64,000 nt of DNA, taken from sequence record SRR31156797_8480; one strand, 5' to 3'. A program made the position numbers and the translations under genes. Numbering within the stretch: position 1 is the first letter of the stretch; each line of letters opens with the position of its first letter. Below are positions 60,094 to 64,000 of this stretch, one piece after another. The notes beneath the pieces were generated by a model, which saw only the letters and a program-made list of their open reading frames with translations, was not told the origin of the DNA and ran no database searches.

Positions 60094-60936
60094 ATGGAAC
60101 ATAGTCAATTCGATTCATTACTTCCGCCTCAGATGGCAGAAAGGGCAGCCGACACGGGTGTAAGCAAAGCAACCAAAGCGGCTTATAAATCATTTCTTCT
60201 TGCTATCTCAGCAGGAATACACATTGGTATCGCTTTCGTATTCTATACGGTGGTAACAACTGGGGCACATGATGTTCCATATGGAATTACTAAACTGCTT
60301 GGCGGCGTCGCCTTCAGCCTTGGGTTGATACTTGTCGTGATCACGGGTGGAGAATTGTTTACCAGTACGGTTCTCACCTTAGTTGCGAAAGCGAGCGGTA
60401 AAATATCGTGGAAGCAGTTGGTTAAAAACTGGACAGTTGTTTATTTGGGTAACCTTTGTGGCTCCGTTCTACTGGTTATTATTATGCTGTCTACCCGTCA
60501 GTTCATGGAAGATGGCGGTCAACTTGGTTTAAATGCAATGGCCATCTCTCAGCACAAACTCCACCATACTTTTATTCAAGCTTTTTCTCTGGGGTTAATG
60601 TGTAACATTTTGGTGTGTCTTGCGGTGTGGATGACTTTTAGTGCCCGCTCATTAACAGATAAGGTTATGGTTTTGGTGCTTCCTGTTGCGATGTTCGTTT
60701 CTTCTGGATTTGAGCACTGCATTGCGAATATGTTCCAAGTACCTATGGCTATCGGCATTAAGAATTTCGCACCAGAAAGTTTTTGGCAGATAACTGGTGC
60801 GAATATTGCCGATTATGCGGATTTAACCATGGTGAATTTCATTACGAATAACCTTATACCTGTGACAATGGGCAACATTGTTGGCGGTGGTGTGTTTGTA
60901 GGTATGTGGTATTGGCTAATCTATCTTAAAGATTAA
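60094..60936 (+). CDS. focA: Formate channel FocA (FNT family)
   Basis: GGELFTST, CNILVCLAVW, GFEHCIANM and GNIVGG motifs. Confidence 0.93.
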   Translation: MEHSQFDSLLPPQMAERAADTGVSKATKAAYKSFLLAISAGIHIGIAFVFYTVVTTGAHDVPYGITKLLGGVAFSLGLILVVITGGELFTSTVLTLVAKASGKISWKQLVKNWTVVYLGNLCGSVLLVIIMLSTRQFMEDGGQLGLNAMAISQHKLHHTFIQAFSLGLMCNILVCLAVWMTFSARSLTDKVMVLVLPVAMFVSSGFEHCIANMFQVPMAIGIKNFAPESFWQITGANIADYADLTMVNFITNNLIPVTMGNIVGGGVFVGMWYWLIYLKD

Positions 60937-60964
60937 TGGTTGACTCAGTGCAACAGATTATTAA

Positions 60965-60994
60965 CAAAAAGCGGTAAAAATACCGCTTTTTTTG
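60965..60994. terminator. focA terminator (possibly bidirectional)
   Basis: AAAAAGCGGTA-AAAA-TACCGCTTTTTTT. Confidence 0.85.
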
Positions 60995-61042
60995 TTGACG
61001 TTAACTGAATACTGATATTAACCCATAATTCTCTTTAAGTGC

Positions 61043-61065
61043 TTATCCACAGAATCTGTGGATAA
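61043..61065. promoter_or_regulatory. Inverted pair of perfect DnaA boxes
   Basis: TTATCCACA-GAATC-TGTGGATAA. Confidence 0.8.
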
Positions 61066-61193
61066 CTTGTTTCAAACTCAGTGTGTAAATGCAAGTCAAT
61101 GATTTTTTCATAAATCATGCACAAATGTTGTGCGATTTTCGCACTAATATCGCCCTTTGAAATGCGGTTGCTATTTGTTCAATTTATGTTTAT

Positions 61194-61982
61194 TTAATCC
61201 AAAAACTTAATATTTACTCGCCCTTCTTTTGTGAAAGCGGCCTTTAGAGTCAAATTAATCGACAAAGTGAGTGAAATAGTCATCATTGTAAAAATAGCGA
61301 TCATAATCATCAGTTGATACTTGATTGCTATGAGTGGCGATGTCCCTCCCAATATTTGGCCGGTCATCATGCCGGGTAGGGTTACAAGTCCTACGGTTGC
61401 CATAGAGGCCAATATTGGTGCGTTAGCTTTTCGCAACGCGTTTCGCACAAAATCACGTGAAGCATATTGCGGTGAAGCACCTAATGAAATTGCCGCCTCA
61501 TACTCACTACGTCTTTCTTCAAATGCGCTGAACAAGTTTTGTAGTGCCACAATCGTACTACTAAGGCTGTTACCCAGTAACATTCCAGCCAATGGAATAA
61601 GGTATTGAGTGCTATACCAAGGTGTTGGCTGGACGACCGCTAAACAGAGAATTAAAACCAAAGGGAATAGTCCGACTGCTAATCCTGCACTAACCGGGAA
61701 AATCAGTTTATTCATAGGCAGGCGAGTTTTAGAAATAATGGAACTTGCTCCGATTGCTATCATGGCGGCTAACCAAATCAAGTTGATCCATAAATTGTTC
61801 AGTGTGAACAAGTACTCCAAATAGATACCGACCAGCAATAGTTGAATGGCCATTCGTCCTACAGACACGACGATCTCTTTGCCTATGCCTAATTGGTAAG
61901 CTCTATTTACAGTTATAGGAATACACAGCACTAAGCTAAATACTGCTAATTGCCACCACGTAATATCAAGTACATTGTCCAC
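61194..61982 (-). CDS. UPF0014 / YbbM(FetB)-like ABC permease
   Basis: RMAIQL, YLIPLAGMLLGN, LVTLPGMMTGQILGG and AIKYQ motifs; GTG start. Confidence 0.85.
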   Translation of the reverse strand: MDNVLDITWWQLAVFSLVLCIPITVNRAYQLGIGKEIVVSVGRMAIQLLLVGIYLEYLFTLNNLWINLIWLAAMIAIGASSIISKTRLPMNKLIFPVSAGLAVGLFPLVLILCLAVVQPTPWYSTQYLIPLAGMLLGNSLSSTIVALQNLFSAFEERRSEYEAAISLGASPQYASRDFVRNALRKANAPILASMATVGLVTLPGMMTGQILGGTSPLIAIKYQLMIMIAIFTMMTISLTLSINLTLKAAFTKEGRVNIKFLD

Positions 61983-62183
61983 GAAATCACTCTAAGGTTT
62001 TTATTACTATTTAGTTATGCCTTTCATTATTACCCAATACACTAGCGTATGTGAACAGCTTGGCTTCTAAACGACCCAGATAACGTTTTTATTGATTTAG
62101 CACCATGAAGATTTCCTCAGAATCAGTACATTGCTTACCTTTGTATGTTGTTAGCCCAAGTGGGAAAAGAAATAGGAAAAACG

Positions 62184-63089
62184 ATGATTTTAGTAGTCGG
62201 TCATAAAAACCCTGACAGTGATAGTATTTGTAGCGCATTGGTTGCTGCTGAGTTATTAAAAGCACGTGGCCTAGAAGCAAAAGCGATTCGCCAAGGCGAG
62301 ATTAACCGTGAGACTCAACATATTTTGTCGACCGCGGGTGCAGAACAACCGGAACTGCGTACCAGTGTTGCTGGTGAGAAAGTATGGCTGGTTGACTACA
62401 CTGATCTTGCACAAGCACCAGATGATTTGAATGACGCTGAAATTCTAGGAATTGTCGATCACCACCGCTTAGGCGATGTGATGACAGTGAACCCTCTAGA
62501 AGCATGGATTTGGCCTGTGGGTTGTACCAGTACTATTCTGTTCAACCTATTTAAAATGGAAAATGCCCCTATCTCTAAGCAGCTTGCTTTACTGATGATC
62601 TCTGCAATCTTGTCAGATACGGTTGGCTTTGCTTCTCCAACCTGTACCCAAAAAGATAAAGATGCGGTTGCCGAGTTAGCGGTTCTTGCTGAGATCAGTG
62701 ATTTAGACGCGTTCATTAAATCATTACTGATTGCTAAAACTGATATTGAAGGTTTGTCAGCATCTGAGTTGGTCGAGAAAGATCTTAAAGCATACCCGTT
62801 TAACGAGCGTGAAGTGATTGTTGGTCAGGTTGAATTGGCAACGTTAGATCAGGTTTCAGACATGATTGACGCTTTAGAAGCAGATTTAGAACGTCGTTGT
62901 ACTGAAGAAAACCTAGCGTTTGCGGCCCTGATGTTAACTGACATTACCACAGCGCAAACACGTTTGTTGTTTAAAGGCGAGTGGTCTAGCAAGCTAGAGA
63001 AGCATCTTAAAGACGGTGTATTGATGATGGAAAATACACTGAGTCGTAAGAAACAAGGCTGGCCTTGGCTTCAAACTGAACTGGCGTAA
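62184..63089 (+). CDS. ppaC: Manganese-dependent (family II) inorganic pyrophosphatase
   Basis: GHKNPDSDS, DHH, ILSDT and SRKKQ motifs; start ATG 62184. Confidence 0.93.
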   Translation: MILVVGHKNPDSDSICSALVAAELLKARGLEAKAIRQGEINRETQHILSTAGAEQPELRTSVAGEKVWLVDYTDLAQAPDDLNDAEILGIVDHHRLGDVMTVNPLEAWIWPVGCTSTILFNLFKMENAPISKQLALLMISAILSDTVGFASPTCTQKDKDAVAELAVLAEISDLDAFIKSLLIAKTDIEGLSASELVEKDLKAYPFNEREVIVGQVELATLDQVSDMIDALEADLERRCTEENLAFAALMLTDITTAQTRLLFKGEWSSKLEKHLKDGVLMMENTLSRKKQGWPWLQTELA

Positions 63090-63131
63090 TTGCCAAATTA
63101 GGGTATGATCCTAATGAAATAACGCTTAAAT

Positions 63132-63160
63132 GCCCATAGCAAATGCTGTGGGCTTTTTTT
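63132..63160 (+). terminator. ppaC terminator
   Basis: GCCCATAGCA-AA-TGCTGTGGGC followed by T8. Confidence 0.82.
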
Positions 63161-63203
63161 ACCTAAGCTATTCCAGACGGCTCGGGGATATTTGGAGGCC
63201 AGT

Positions 63204-63593
63204 ATGTCAAAGACTCTAACCGCAGAACAAATCGCTACCATTAATCAATATGATCAAGAGAAGCGTTTCAACTACTGTATTAAAGAAATCGTCGCTAATC
63301 AGCAAGTGTGGATTCTAAAAGATGAACACGGCTGTGTAATGCTCAACACAGAAGATGATGATTGCGTACCTGTATGGCCTAACAAAGAGTTTGCTGAAGC
63401 ATGGGCAACCGGTGAGTGGGACTCATGTGAAGCCGAAGCAATTCCGTTTAACAAGTGGCGTAGCCGCTGGACCAGTGGTTTAGAGCAGGATGAACTCTCT
63501 GTTGTTGTTTTCCCGAATGAAAACGAAGAAGGTGTTGTACTTTTCCCTGATGAATTCGATTTTGAATTGAATAAGCAAAACGCTCGTCGTTAA
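63204..63593 (+). CDS. DUF2750-family protein
   Basis: VWILKDEHG, VPVWP and WTSGLEQD motifs. Confidence 0.75.
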   Translation: MSKTLTAEQIATINQYDQEKRFNYCIKEIVANQQVWILKDEHGCVMLNTEDDDCVPVWPNKEFAEAWATGEWDSCEAEAIPFNKWRSRWTSGLEQDELSVVVFPNENEEGVVLFPDEFDFELNKQNARR

Positions 63594-63598
63594 ATTTA

Positions 63599-64000
63599 TC
63601 ACATCCACTTCCTCAGTGGTGCGGAATTCGCGGTACCCAAGGCCTGCTCAAGCAGGCCTTGTTGTTGATATTGTTTGAGTAATGACTTAATCAGAGGCTT
63701 GGCTTGTTGTTCCGTCATTCCTGTCTTGAGCTCATCGCTATATAAAAGTTTTAACAGGACAACATCTAAAGGTGAAAGTAAGTCCTCAGGCGTTCTATCG
63801 TTGAAGATGGAAGGATAGGCAAACTCGGAATCATTAGGCAAACCTAATACCTGAGTGATTTCTTCTACAATACACGCCAACAGTTTCCCGTGACTGCGCG
63901 CCTGATCAACGGGGATTATTACCGCAGCGGAGATGATTTCATGGGTTTTGCTATTCGTTTTGTAGCCGGCCTGACAGACAGCGCCAAACATATGTTTGAC
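63599..64000 (-). CDS. DUF2927-family protein, 3' part (5' end beyond the window edge)
   Basis: CIVEEITQVLGLPND and PSIFND motifs. Confidence 0.72.
   Translation of the reverse strand, partial: VKHMFGAVCQAGYKTNSKTHEIISAAVIIPVDQARSHGKLLACIVEEITQVLGLPNDSEFAYPSIFNDRTPEDLLSPLDVVLLKLLYSDELKTGMTEQQAKPLIKSLLKQYQQQGLLEQALGTANSAPLRKWM

Overview
A core-chromosome window that looks like chromosome 1 of a Vibrio or a close relative. The taxon is inferred from the monomeric Icd, the bpt-aat pair, tfoY with a Vc2-type riboswitch and the family II pyrophosphatase. Gene order: lysine riboswitch and NhaC-family lysine transporter; his attenuator and hisGDCBHAF(IE); rluE, icd, cspD, clpSA, infA, bpt, aat, aroA, yciN, topA, glgCA; tfoY with a c-di-GMP-I riboswitch; purR, torD, elyC, cmoM-mukFEB. 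A ~7.3 kb accessory-looking block follows, holding a GGDEF remnant, a PEP-CTERM surface protein, a GNAT and a five-gene Lol-like ABC/LolA-like/beta-barrel operon. Next come a retropepsin-lipoprotein / inactive-transglutaminase-7TM / ATP-grasp operon, cmoAB, aspS, tdk, focA, ppaC and small conserved genes. I saw no rRNA, tRNA, CRISPR array, transposase or integrase. The most notable unexplained signals are: (1) a cluster of DnaA boxes with an IHF-like site between convergent genes at ~61.04-61.14 kb (DARS/datA-like); (2) the Lol-like export operon beside an orphan PEP-CTERM protein; (3) the ATP-grasp/7TM/retropepsin operon; (4) candidate structured leaders ahead of purR, aspS and icd. All calls come from reading the sequence; no database search or folding program was run.
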